Position numbers and translations under genes: made by a program. Below, in pieces: positions 48,605 to 57,873 of a stretch of 64,000 nucleotides of DNA; within the stretch, counting starts at the first letter, position 1, and each line of letters opens with the position of its first letter. The notes below the pieces were generated by a model. It was not told where the DNA came from. It did not search any database and saw only the letters and a list, made by a program, of their open reading frames with translations. Source of the stretch: a virus; IMG/VR virus record IMGVR_UViG_3300028786_000006, positions 64,001-128,000 of that record; one strand, given 5' to 3'.

Positions 48605-49864
48605 GTGTCCAACGCCAAGCCAAGTCTTGTTGAACGCGATACCTCGATGTATGCTGAATTCCTCCAGACCCAGGACATTGCGGAAGTTGCCAAACTTCAC
48701 AGTGTCAGCGAGTCGACCGTCCGCCGCGCATTGAAGCGAGCCCGCGAAATACTGGAAGTCCACGCCGATGGGGAGCTCGTTGATGAGAACCTCCGCCTGG
48801 GCGCCAGCAAGCAATACCTGCAAGACCGCAACCGCATCGAGCGGAAATCCTGGCGTGAACACATTCGCATTCAGAATGCAATCGAAGGCCTGAGCCATAA
48901 CCTCGAGGCCGCCCTGATCGGTTTCGAATTCCAGCGCCCGGTTGACACCCCTGTCCCAGCTGTGGGCTTGCCTACCGACCCGGTGGGCGTCATCCAGTTC
49001 AGTGACATTCACATCAATGAGATCATCCGGGGCCTGACAGGCAACTCGTATGACATCGACATCGCCTCCCGCCGCATTCACAAGCATGTCCACAAGAGCC
49101 TGAATATATTCAAAGCCCAGGGCGTGAAGAACGTGTTGGTGGCTTTCACCGGTGACATTCTGAACAGCGACCGCCGCCTGGACGAGCTCCTCAATGCCGC
49201 CGCGCCGCGTGCCAACGCTGTCCTGTTAGCCGTTGACATCTTCCAGCAGGCCATCCAGGAAGTGGCGAGAGAGCACCGAGTGACCGTTGCCAGCATCACC
49301 GGTAACGAATCGCGCCTCGGCGAGCACATCCACTACGACGACTTCCTGGCGATGGACTCTTTCGACATTACGATCCACAACATCCTGGCCCGCCTGTTTG
49401 CCGGCTATCCAGGTGTTGAGTTCGCGAAGGTCAGCAACCCTCTCGAGCAAGTGGTGTCCATCAACGGCTTCAACCTGTTGCTGGTTCACGGTCACTGCCA
49501 TAAAGGCCTGGCCCGCAACCCTGAAAACGAAGTGTCCCACATCAAGTCGCGGTATGCTGCACACGGCATGGTGATCGACTACGTCATCTGTGGCCACATC
49601 CACTCGGCTTACGTGTCTGACATGTTCAGTCGATCGTCTGGGTTGCCTGGCTCCAACGCCTACTCCGACCGGGCGCTGAACCTCAACGGTAAGGCCAGCC
49701 AGAACTCGTACGTGATCTGGGCAGACAAGTCCATCGATGCGTACAAGATCGACCTACAGACCTGGGCTGATGTTGAACCATACGCCTACGACAAGGGCCT
49801 CGATATGACCGACCGCAACAGCAAGCTGAAGCCGACGGTCCTCATCAACTCCATCACTATCTGA
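48605..49864 (+). CDS. HTH-fused calcineurin-like metallophosphoesterase (T5 A1-like nuclease?)
   Basis: N-terminal HTH (IAEVAK...VSESTVRR); SDIH, GD, GNE, HGH and GHIH motifs. Confidence 0.8.
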   Translation: MSNAKPSLVERDTSMYAEFLQTQDIAEVAKLHSVSESTVRRALKRAREILEVHADGELVDENLRLGASKQYLQDRNRIERKSWREHIRIQNAIEGLSHNLEAALIGFEFQRPVDTPVPAVGLPTDPVGVIQFSDIHINEIIRGLTGNSYDIDIASRRIHKHVHKSLNIFKAQGVKNVLVAFTGDILNSDRRLDELLNAAAPRANAVLLAVDIFQQAIQEVAREHRVTVASITGNESRLGEHIHYDDFLAMDSFDITIHNILARLFAGYPGVEFAKVSNPLEQVVSINGFNLLLVHGHCHKGLARNPENEVSHIKSRYAAHGMVIDYVICGHIHSAYVSDMFSRSSGLPGSNAYSDRALNLNGKASQNSYVIWADKSIDAYKIDLQTWADVEPYAYDKGLDMTDRNSKLKPTVLINSITI

Positions 49865-49867
49865 CCC

Positions 49868-49941
49868 AAAACCCGGTTGCCGCAAGGCGCCGGGTTTTTT
49901 ATTGTCTGAGGGGTTGTATTGGTTCAAAGTTAGAGTATAAT
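49868..49941 (+). promoter_or_regulatory. Terminator plus early promoter cassette
   Basis: aaaacccgg...ccgggtttttt, then TTGTAT-N16-TATAAT (49914-49941). Confidence 0.8.
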
Positions 49942-49977
49942 GAACACATACCAACCAGTTCACTGAGGAACGCAGCC

Positions 49978-50280
49978 ATGACCATGATCACCCTGATCGA
50001 ATCTGCTAAAGAAGCCGCCAAGACCGTAGCCCCAGGCTACTCCGACGGCTTCAGCGAAACTCTGAAGGACGGTTCCGTGGTCACCTGCATCGGCGTCCGC
50101 AGCTCCAACGCCTTCGAAACCGTGGTCGGTCACATCAAGACCACCTGGAAGTTGAACGGCAAGCGCGCCAGCGCCGCTGTTATCGAAACCCTGTATCTGG
50201 GCCAGGCCACCGACGAAGAAAAGGCCGAGATCACCAAGCACAAAGAAATGCAGAAGTGGCTGGCCAAGTTCGGTCTCTGA
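49978..50280 (+). CDS. Hypothetical early protein
   Basis: GAGG RBS; strong codon bias. Confidence 0.7.
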   Translation: MTMITLIESAKEAAKTVAPGYSDGFSETLKDGSVVTCIGVRSSNAFETVVGHIKTTWKLNGKRASAAVIETLYLGQATDEEKAEITKHKEMQKWLAKFGL

Positions 50281-50289
50281 GATAAAATA

Positions 50290-50333
50290 TTTTGAACCAG
50301 CCACTTGCGCTGGTTCAAAAACCTGAGTATAAT
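50290..50333 (+). promoter_or_regulatory. Early promoter with a 12-bp inverted repeat around the -35
   Basis: TTTTGAACCAGC-N7-GCTGGTTCAAAA; TTGCGC-N17-TATAAT. Confidence 0.75.
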
Positions 50334-50377
50334 GGTCTGACTGGCCCACTAAGGGGTCAGCTAAACGGAGATACATC

Positions 50378-50641
50378 ATGCAAAACGACCTCGCTGTGTT
50401 CATTGCAGAAAACGCTGGCGACTTCAACGTTGACGTCCGCCTGTATTCCAACTACTCCGGTCGGGGTATGATGGGCGAAACTACCACCGGCCTGGTTGTC
50501 CCAAGCCCGATGGTGTTCGCCACCTTGTTGCTGCAAATGAACGAGGCGATCCACGAAGCTGTGGAAAGTGGGGAAATCGGCCTGTATGTGATACAAACGC
50601 TGCGGTCTGACAACCTCGGCCACGACACCATCATTTACTGA
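50378..50641 (+). CDS. Hypothetical early protein
   Basis: YSGRGMMG...G.V...DNLG..IIY motif common in large phages. Confidence 0.75.
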   Translation: MQNDLAVFIAENAGDFNVDVRLYSNYSGRGMMGETTTGLVVPSPMVFATLLLQMNEAIHEAVESGEIGLYVIQTLRSDNLGHDTIIY

Positions 50642-50711
50642 TGGCCCCGGCCCCGGTAAACTACCGGGGCCACCTCCCCTTCTTCCCCTGAACTTTATTT
50701 TGGTTCGGGGC

Positions 50712-50740
50712 TTGCGTTATGTTGAATGCTGGTCTATACT
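50712..50740 (+). promoter_or_regulatory. Sigma70-type early promoter
   Basis: TTGCGT-N17-TATACT. Confidence 0.65.
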
Positions 50741-50775
50741 CCCTTCATGTTCACACAACAACGGAATTCTTTATC

Positions 50776-51162
50776 ATGGCAACTAAGCGTAAATTCAAGG
50801 TCACCATCACCGTTCGCAAGAAAGGGTCTAGTGATGCGTACGTCGTCCGCATCCGCACGGTGGAAGCCCTGAATGCGCTGGAAGCCGAATATCTGGTGAC
50901 CAAGGCGATGCGCCGAACGGGCTTTGACGTCGGCATCGTCCTGGAAATCAACTCCGGGCTGTTCAGGTTCAGTTGCATGCTTCGTCCGAAGGGGAACGTC
51001 GACGATAAGTTCGTTGAATTCAGCGCCCCCGTCAAAGCGGTCGACATGATGGCAGTGCCAAAGGCCGCCCGGGACATGATGGAAGGTAAAGGCTACGAAG
51101 TTGGAGCTATATTCAACATTTATGACAACGGAGATGCCAAGCGCGGCTTCTCGAAGGAGTGA
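50776..51162 (+). CDS. Hypothetical protein
   Basis: ORF after the promoter. Confidence 0.6.
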   Translation: MATKRKFKVTITVRKKGSSDAYVVRIRTVEALNALEAEYLVTKAMRRTGFDVGIVLEINSGLFRFSCMLRPKGNVDDKFVEFSAPVKAVDMMAVPKAARDMMEGKGYEVGAIFNIYDNGDAKRGFSKE

Positions 51163-51165
51163 TCC

Positions 51166-51297
51166 ATGAACGAGTTAGACAGCACACTATTCATATTTCT
51201 TCTGGGATGCGCCGCGTTCCTGTTCGCCATATTTGGCGTGGGTTTGTGGGCACTGAAGAAGTTCCTCAGGATGGTGGGGAGAGCATTCCGGAGCTGA
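51166..51297 (+). CDS. Small membrane protein (43 aa)
   Basis: AAGGAG RBS; single TM segment with basic tail. Confidence 0.55.
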   Translation: MNELDSTLFIFLLGCAAFLFAIFGVGLWALKKFLRMVGRAFRS

Positions 51298-51352
51298 GGC
51301 TCCGGTTTTGCGTTAAGTATGGTCACATCCTCATTCACGCATCGAGATCAGC

Positions 51353-52987
51353 ATGACAGACCTCTCCAAACGACTTGATGAGTCGTTCGACACCGAGCCA
51401 TACCCGACCCACCTGGTGCGGAAGGATGGCTCCTTCAACTACGAATTCACCGCAGACAGCGGCGAGGTCTACCGCGTTCAGTTTTACCCGTCCAATGGGT
51501 TGGGAACCAACGTACGCCGGGTGTACCTGGGGCACAAGAAGGGCTCCATCTTCAAAGATGTGATGACCAAGTTCCAAGACCCGATGCGCATCATTTCGAC
51601 CATGCTGGCATCGTTCGCTGAATTCCAGGCGACGCCACTGGGCAAGGCCACCGATGGTTTCGTGATTGATGCCACCGCCAAGGCGTTCGGCCCCACCATC
51701 CGTCTGTTGAAGCGCCTGGCCGCCCGCAACCCGGCGATCAGGGCCAAATTCAACATCCTGGATACCACTTACACCTGGGATACCGCCCGTTCGCCGATCT
51801 GGATCTACCGTAAGGGCACTGACCCTATGGAAGTATTCAATGGCAAGAATGTCGACACCCCGATGTTGGTTGATAGCAAGGCCAAGCCGACGCAACCACG
51901 CATCTCCCCTGTGGCGCCGACTGCCCCGGCCCCGGCCCCTTCTCCGACGGCGGCACCAACAAGCGCCCCGGCCAACACTCTCGGTCACGTAGAGCTCACT
52001 TCTCCGATTGGTAATCTCGTCGTCCTTCCCGAAGGGAAAGGCGTGAAGATCGTTAAGGTCAGCTCTGGCACAACCATTGCGGTGGCAGACAACGCAGGGT
52101 CCGCGGAGAAGATTATCGACGCGTTGTTCAATGTTATCGACCTCGGTAGCGGGGTGATTTCATATGGCAACAAGGTATTATGGTCTAAGACCAAAGACAA
52201 TTACTATCAGATCATTGCAGGCATCGGCACCTACCGGGTTCTTATGAACGGTAGGGTGGACATCGGCGAGCGGGAGAGCGTTGGTAGCGCCATCGCCATG
52301 ATCAGGAAAATCATGGGCGTCGACTCACAGGAACAGAAAACGCTCCGCCAGCTCAGAACCATCCTCATGAAGACGGATGACTCGTTGATTGTCACTGCGA
52401 AGGTTGGTGCCCGGACGATCGTCGGCTCCCCTGACGAGGTTAGACATACACTGTCTGACATGAACGACCAGGACGCCCTGGGGCGTATCGTTTCAACTAG
52501 ACTCGCCCCCGCCCCCAAGCCAACTATCAAGGCCTCCGTTCCAAAGACCGCAGCGGTTGCTCCTAAAGCTGCCCCTCCGGTGGCGGGGCCAGTGCCCAAT
52601 GTGGCCCCGAAACCTACCCCTTTGGAGTCACTCACTACCCTCCAGGCCAAGTGGAAGGAGCGCTACGACGGTGTGAATTATGGTCAGATTTACATTCAGG
52701 TGAACGGCGTCTACAATGACAACCAGTTCAGTGTAAGCTGGGATATCACCGAGCGCCGGACAACCCCTCGTGAGATCTACACCCAGAACAAGTATGACAT
52801 CGGCTCAGCCAACAGTGTTATCACCCAGCTGGAAGGTATTGCCCGCACCATGGGCTTCGATACCCAAGCGGCGTACTGTACCTTCGATACTATCGTGGAC
52901 GATGAGCGCCGGATCGAGTCGAACGGCGACAGCCTCTACAGTGAATATGAACAGTCGATCGGTGGCCACCTCGACGTGAAACTGTAA
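51353..52987 (+). CDS. Alt-like packaged protein without an evident ADP-ribosyltransferase domain
   Basis: TTAAGTA late promoter at 51313; LDE cleavage-like site; N-domain resembles the T4 Alt N-terminus. Confidence 0.6.
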   Translation: MTDLSKRLDESFDTEPYPTHLVRKDGSFNYEFTADSGEVYRVQFYPSNGLGTNVRRVYLGHKKGSIFKDVMTKFQDPMRIISTMLASFAEFQATPLGKATDGFVIDATAKAFGPTIRLLKRLAARNPAIRAKFNILDTTYTWDTARSPIWIYRKGTDPMEVFNGKNVDTPMLVDSKAKPTQPRISPVAPTAPAPAPSPTAAPTSAPANTLGHVELTSPIGNLVVLPEGKGVKIVKVSSGTTIAVADNAGSAEKIIDALFNVIDLGSGVISYGNKVLWSKTKDNYYQIIAGIGTYRVLMNGRVDIGERESVGSAIAMIRKIMGVDSQEQKTLRQLRTILMKTDDSLIVTAKVGARTIVGSPDEVRHTLSDMNDQDALGRIVSTRLAPAPKPTIKASVPKTAAVAPKAAPPVAGPVPNVAPKPTPLESLTTLQAKWKERYDGVNYGQIYIQVNGVYNDNQFSVSWDITERRTTPREIYTQNKYDIGSANSVITQLEGIARTMGFDTQAAYCTFDTIVDDERRIESNGDSLYSEYEQSIGGHLDVKL

Positions 52988-53001
52988 CACTACGTTACAC
53001 C

Positions 53002-53075
53002 AAAAGACGCACCGGGCAACCGGGGCGTCTTTTTATTGTCTGAGGGGTTTACAAGTTCAAGAAACCAAGTATACT
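53002..53075 (+). promoter_or_regulatory. Terminator plus early promoter cassette
   Basis: aaaagacgc...gcgtcttttt ATTGTCTGAGGGG, then TTTACA-N16-TATACT. Confidence 0.8.
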
Positions 53076-53111
53076 GAGCTCACTGAAACACAAACCACTG
53101 AGGGTTTAACC

Positions 53112-53510
53112 ATGAAACACCAACACACCATCACCGCAGAATACCCAGCTTACGACGTCCTGACCCGCGCTGAAGTCGATGGCGTCCTCTGGATCTCGGT
53201 TGACGACAAGCTTTGCTTGGTCGGTGACCACATGCGTCACTACCAGGCTGGCAGCGTGGTGCGCTACGCCCAGCAGTACGACGAGTGCCCAATCAAGGCC
53301 GTCAAGCGTGCCACCGATAACGGCCACGACCTGCACTGGATCAACCAGCTGTCCGCTTCGATCACCAGCCACCAGCGCCCTCGTGAAACCTACATCTGCG
53401 TCGCCATCGGCCAGACCGTCCGCTTCGAGGGCCTCTACTTCCTGGTCACCCTCGAGGGCAACAATAACCTGGGCCTGAAGCCTCACAGCCTCCTGAAAGA
53501 ACACAACTAA
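53112..53510 (+). CDS. Hypothetical early protein
   Basis: GAGG RBS; strong codon bias. Confidence 0.7.
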   Translation: MKHQHTITAEYPAYDVLTRAEVDGVLWISVDDKLCLVGDHMRHYQAGSVVRYAQQYDECPIKAVKRATDNGHDLHWINQLSASITSHQRPRETYICVAIGQTVRFEGLYFLVTLEGNNNLGLKPHSLLKEHN

Positions 53511-53553
53511 ACTGAACCAGGCCCCTCCGGGGGCCGCCCCTTGGAGATACATC

Positions 53554-53838
53554 ATGCTGAAGTTTTTGCTTGGGTTGTTCGCTGGCCTCATTATCGCCCT
53601 GAATTTCCCCCAGGCCCCGGCCGCAGCCAACGCGATGGCCCGTGCCGGTGGGGCCGCCCTCTGTCGCTTTGCCGAGTCTGAGAAGTGCTCCACCATGGTT
53701 CTGCGTATGTTCTCGCCGGCTGACGAGATGGTTGGCCTGTCCCCAGAAGAGATGGTAGCGGCCCCAACAGGAACCCTCAGTCGCATCGTGAGCAACGCAA
53801 TGCGCCCGGCGCCGGTACGTGGCACCCCGGTGGAATAA
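53554..53838 (+). CDS. Hypothetical exported protein
   Basis: Signal-peptide-like N-terminus; GGAG RBS. Confidence 0.6.
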   Translation: MLKFLLGLFAGLIIALNFPQAPAAANAMARAGGAALCRFAESEKCSTMVLRMFSPADEMVGLSPEEMVAAPTGTLSRIVSNAMRPAPVRGTPVE

Positions 53839-53911
53839 CCGGTTGAACCCCAAACGCATACCCTGGGCCTTGAGCTTGGGGTATGATGGGCACCTACCAA
53901 TGGAGGCTGCC

Positions 53912-54154
53912 ATGAAAACTCTGTACAGCATCACCGGCCGGGAACAGGATGTGCGCATTCTGACTAGCTTAACTGAAGTCCGGGAAGAGGTCGTCGCTTT
54001 CAGCGGCACCGGCCCAGAAGCTTGCTGGATCAGTGCTGACCCGCTGAGTAACCTGAACCAGCGCGACGGCAAACTGAAAATTCGACAGCTGGACGGTTGC
54101 GGTGTGTTCGAACACAACATCGTTGTTATCCAGCGCCACGACGTCAACATCTAA
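53912..54154 (+). CDS. Hypothetical protein
   Basis: GGAGG RBS. Confidence 0.6.
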   Translation: MKTLYSITGREQDVRILTSLTEVREEVVAFSGTGPEACWISADPLSNLNQRDGKLKIRQLDGCGVFEHNIVVIQRHDVNI

Positions 54155-54179
54155 ACAAGCTCTCACTGAGGAGAACACC

Positions 54180-55337
54180 ATGCAACCTGCGATCAATAGT
54201 ACCATCTTCGACACCCTGTCCATCAACCGTGCCAAGTCCCGTTGGGACGAGCACCTGTTCGACATGGTGCCTGTGCAAGAACTGGCCAACCCGGTAACCG
54301 GTCAAACCATGAAGTTCAAGCGTGGCGACTACTTCGCCCCCCTGGGCTACGGTGGCATCAACGGCGACAAGCTACGAGTGGCTATCCACATCCTGAGCGA
54401 GCACGCCAAGCGCGGCGGTGCCAAGTTGCTGGCCCACGGTACAGTCATGGGCTCCCCACAGTCCCCGATGGCCGCTGCAGTTGCCCGCCACTTCGACTAC
54501 AAGACCATCACCGTCCTGGGCGGCACCAAGCCTGAGACCTGCATCAAGAAAGACACCATTCAGATGGCCGCCTGGTTCGGCAGCGAGTTCGCCTTCGTGG
54601 GCAACGGCTACAACAACGTCATCCAGCCTCGTGTTCAGAAGATCCTGGCTGAGCGAGCGCCGACCGGCTTGTACCTCGAGTACGGCATCACCCTGGACCA
54701 CAACAAACACCCGGCGGCCGACATCGCAGCCTTCCATGGCATCGGTGCTGAGCAAGTACAGAACATCCCTGACGACGTCGACACCCTGGTCATCCCGTTC
54801 GGCTCGGCGAACTCCGGCACCTCCATCCTGCTGGGCCTGTGCAAGTATCCCAAGCCCAACATCAAGGAAGTGGTCCTGGTAGGCATCGGCCCCAACCGCG
54901 TACGCTTCATGCAAGAGCGCCTGGCGGTTATCGGTAAGCATCTGGGCATCGACACCGACATGTTCGACCTGACCGAGACTGACAAGGTCGAAGTGAACAA
55001 GACGGCAGACATCGCCAACTTCTTCGACGGCGGGCCGACCACGCGGGCCAAGTATTACCGCATGACCCACTATGACCTGCACTCCACCAAGTACGTTGAG
55101 TACAATGACCTGATGGAATACAACTGGAACGGCCTGGAGCTGCACCCTCGATACGAAGGCAAGGTGATGACCTACCTCCAGGAAAAGCATCCTGAACTGA
55201 TCCGCCCAACCGCGCTGTTCTGGATCGTCGGCAGCAAGCCGCGCATCGAGCCGATGCTGGCCAGTATGGGCCACGAGATCAGCGAGGAAGCCCCGACTGC
55301 AGTCGACCTGCTGACTCCGGTACAAGCGGCGGCGTAA
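54180..55337 (+). CDS. PLP-dependent enzyme (fold II) of thymidine hypermodification
   Basis: FKRGDYFAPLGYGGINGDKLR, SPQ, QVQNIPD, GSANS, HPRYEGK and FWIVG motifs. Confidence 0.88.
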   Translation: MQPAINSTIFDTLSINRAKSRWDEHLFDMVPVQELANPVTGQTMKFKRGDYFAPLGYGGINGDKLRVAIHILSEHAKRGGAKLLAHGTVMGSPQSPMAAAVARHFDYKTITVLGGTKPETCIKKDTIQMAAWFGSEFAFVGNGYNNVIQPRVQKILAERAPTGLYLEYGITLDHNKHPAADIAAFHGIGAEQVQNIPDDVDTLVIPFGSANSGTSILLGLCKYPKPNIKEVVLVGIGPNRVRFMQERLAVIGKHLGIDTDMFDLTETDKVEVNKTADIANFFDGGPTTRAKYYRMTHYDLHSTKYVEYNDLMEYNWNGLELHPRYEGKVMTYLQEKHPELIRPTALFWIVGSKPRIEPMLASMGHEISEEAPTAVDLLTPVQAAA

Positions 55338-55375
55338 AGTCGTAACGGCACAGAGACGGCACTCGAGGAGGCCTG

Positions 55376-55609
55376 ATGTTCAGTAACAAGCGAATTCGCT
55401 GCCATATCCTAGACCGGACAGACCAGGTCGCTATGGGTAAGGAGCACCTGGCGTATATGGTGAAGCGTACCCCTGGCTTGGAGAAGGCCATCACGGATGC
55501 TCAGAAAGCTCTAGACGACCACCGTGCGGCCATTGCCGATCAGGAAAAGTTCATCAAGGACGTCGAGGCCACTCTGGGCATCCACTGGCTGGAAAACCCA
55601 CCATACTGA
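55376..55609 (+). CDS. Hypothetical protein
   Basis: GGAGG RBS. Confidence 0.6.
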   Translation: MFSNKRIRCHILDRTDQVAMGKEHLAYMVKRTPGLEKAITDAQKALDDHRAAIADQEKFIKDVEATLGIHWLENPPY

Positions 55610-55617
55610 GGACACAT

Positions 55618-56343
55618 ATGAGCACGTTATTCCGTAAGGATGCTGTACACCACCACATGTTCGACGAGCCGGACTACAGCCAGGTGGAAGCATTCATGAA
55701 CCGGGCCGGGGCTCACAAGGCCCCAATCTTGTTGTACCTGAAAGGCACCAATGGTTCAGGGAAGTCGACAATTCCGACCCTGCTCCGCGACTATGATCCT
55801 GATGCTTTTTTCGCGGTGGTGAATAACCGCAAGCTGCTGACCGTGTTCCCGTCCTTTCGCATCGTTGCCTGTGGCAAGTATGACGACAGCAACAGCAAGG
55901 GGTGCGATGCCCTGAAGGATACGGAGGAGATGATTGAGGCCCTGAAACTGGCGGCTGAACACTTCCCTGCGTACGACCTGATATTCGAGGGTATCATCCC
56001 TGCGACGATTGAAGGTCCATGGGTGCCCCGGTTACTGGAACATGCAGGGCCGTACCGGACACTGGTGCTGGGGTACATCAACATCCCAGTGGAAACCTGC
56101 ATCGAGCGTATCAAAGGCCGCAACGCGCCGGGTAAAGAGTTCAAAGAAGACCTGGTGCGCGGCAAGTACGAAGGCATGATGAAGTCGATGGAGCGCCATC
56201 ATGAGGTGTTCCCGGACATCTTGATGTACCACATCGACACCGACAAACCCAAGAACGATATGCTCTGGGACTTCTTGAACCGTTCATGGTTTGTCGGCCA
56301 CCAACCAGGCGAGGCATTGAGCCTTGCGGAGCTTGCCTCGTAA
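55618..56343 (+). CDS. Second P-loop kinase, probable 5-hmdU DNA kinase
   Basis: LKGTNGSGKST, GKY...GCD, FEG and CIERIKGRN motifs. Confidence 0.85.
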   Translation: MSTLFRKDAVHHHMFDEPDYSQVEAFMNRAGAHKAPILLYLKGTNGSGKSTIPTLLRDYDPDAFFAVVNNRKLLTVFPSFRIVACGKYDDSNSKGCDALKDTEEMIEALKLAAEHFPAYDLIFEGIIPATIEGPWVPRLLEHAGPYRTLVLGYINIPVETCIERIKGRNAPGKEFKEDLVRGKYEGMMKSMERHHEVFPDILMYHIDTDKPKNDMLWDFLNRSWFVGHQPGEALSLAELAS

Positions 56344-56395
56344 CACTGTTCGCACTACTATACACCCAGCTACACATCTCTGGCGTTTCCCTTTG

Positions 56396-56432
56396 AGCCC
56401 CGGCGTCTAACCCCGCGCCGGGGCTCCTTTTT
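56396..56432 (+). terminator. Intrinsic terminator
   Basis: gagcccggcg...cgccgggctc followed by cTTTTT. Confidence 0.7.
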
Positions 56433-56444
56433 GATGGAGCATGT

Positions 56445-56774
56445 ATGACCCGCCACGACCCTTTGATTATGGAAGACCAACAGAAGCACGACAACAGACG
56501 CGGTAAGATCGCTCTGTCTCTCGCAGCTGCTCTAGCCATGGTAGGCGGCCCAACATCAGGGATCCCCTTCTTTGGCCCGGCACCCCGGTCCTTCCGCCCA
56601 CGCCCCCAAGCCACGCCAGAACAGATCGCGGCTGGTTTGAAGGCAAGCGCTGAAGCCAAGCTCAAGCGAGAAAAACGTCGTCTTCGTAATGTTCGCCATT
56701 CCGGAGCCTCCCCAACGCATGTCAATCCACCAATCCCTCGACTTCAATGTGATTCAGGGCAAGTCGACCTCTGA
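56445..56774 (+). CDS. Hypothetical protein
   Basis: GGAG RBS; hydrophobic stretch and basic helix; 3' end overlaps the next gene. Confidence 0.5.
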   Translation: MTRHDPLIMEDQQKHDNRRGKIALSLAAALAMVGGPTSGIPFFGPAPRSFRPRPQATPEQIAAGLKASAEAKLKREKRRLRNVRHSGASPTHVNPPIPRLQCDSGQVDL

Positions 56775-57873
56775 TACCATCTACCAGGCGTATGACGCCA
56801 TCTTGACCCGAGGCGTTGATGTTCAGACCCGCAATGGGGCCGCTCGAACAATCTTCAACGCTTTGATGTTCACCGAAAACCCACGCCACCGCCACCTGGC
56901 CCTTGAAGGCCGCAGCTCCAACATCTTCCAAATGATGGCGGAAACCCTCTGGGTGCTGTCTGGTAGCGGCCGCGTCACCGGGTTCCTTGAGTACTTCTTG
57001 CCTCGCGCTTTGAACTATTCCGACGACGGCGTAAGCTGGCGCGGCGCCTACGGCCCACGTCTGCTGCGTAACAACCAGCTCGACGCAGCGGTTGAAGCCT
57101 TCGTACAGGATGGTCTGCAAACCCGCCGGGCAATCGTGTCGATCTTCGACCCTTCCCTGGACACCCAGGACGCCCTGAAAGAAGTCTATGGTCTGGACAA
57201 CACCAAGGACTTGCCGTGCAACCTTCTGCTGAACTTCTACACCGACGCCCTGGGCCGCTTCTGTGTGAAGCTGGTTCAACGTTCTGGTGACGTGTTGTTC
57301 GGCGCCGGTAGCATCAACCCGTTTGAGTTCACGCTCATTCAAGAGCTGGTCTATCAGAAGGTTCGCCAACACTACCCAGGCCTCCAGCTCGGCCCGTTCG
57401 TTCATGACGTGACCAACCTCCACGTCTACGAGCAGTTCAAACCCCAGGCCCAAAAGGCTTGCGGTACGCCCCAGGTCGCATTGGGCCACAACACCGATCT
57501 GGCCTGCCAGGAAGCCTGGAACGTCTGCTCATTTGAAGAGCTGGCCTATACCCTGGAAGCGTTCGTTGATGCCGCCGAGGACTTCATTCGGTCCCCGAGC
57601 CGCGATACCAGCGACGCCTTTGAACGCCAGTTCGCCCTGACTGCTCAAAAGATCAACCACTCGATGGATAGCGCTGACAATCTTCTGATTGACTACGCCT
57701 TCATCACCATGCGTTACCTGCAGGCTAAATTGTTGCCTAGCGTCCTTGAACATAAGCGCATCGGCCTCTGCAAGCATGCGCCGGAAGACTTGATTTTGGC
57801 TATCAAACAATCCAAATTCAACCCTTTCGACCGAGTTATCATCTATGACGGCAGCTTCGCCTCTCTGCAGTAA
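56719..57873 (+). CDS. Thymidylate synthase-fold dUMP hydroxymethylase
   Basis: YSDDG..RGAYGPR, TRRA, DLPCN, QRSGD, N (dUMP-specifying position) and LHVY motifs; hypermodification context. Confidence 0.85.
   Translation: MSIHQSLDFNVIQGKSTSDTIYQAYDAILTRGVDVQTRNGAARTIFNALMFTENPRHRHLALEGRSSNIFQMMAETLWVLSGSGRVTGFLEYFLPRALNYSDDGVSWRGAYGPRLLRNNQLDAAVEAFVQDGLQTRRAIVSIFDPSLDTQDALKEVYGLDNTKDLPCNLLLNFYTDALGRFCVKLVQRSGDVLFGAGSINPFEFTLIQELVYQKVRQHYPGLQLGPFVHDVTNLHVYEQFKPQAQKACGTPQVALGHNTDLACQEAWNVCSFEELAYTLEAFVDAAEDFIRSPSRDTSDAFERQFALTAQKINHSMDSADNLLIDYAFITMRYLQAKLLPSVLEHKRIGLCKHAPEDLILAIKQSKFNPFDRVIIYDGSFASLQ

Noticed and set aside
54180-55337. Metabolic ACC deaminase or cysteine desulfhydrase
   Set aside because: Same fold, but the APLGYGGING.KLR signature and the neighbouring kinase fit the DNA-modifying PLP clade better
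56719-57873. Ordinary thymidylate synthase or dCMP hydroxymethylase
   Set aside because: Asn at the specificity position argues for dUMP, and the hmdU kinase/transferase context argues for hydroxymethylation; no glucosyltransferase was seen
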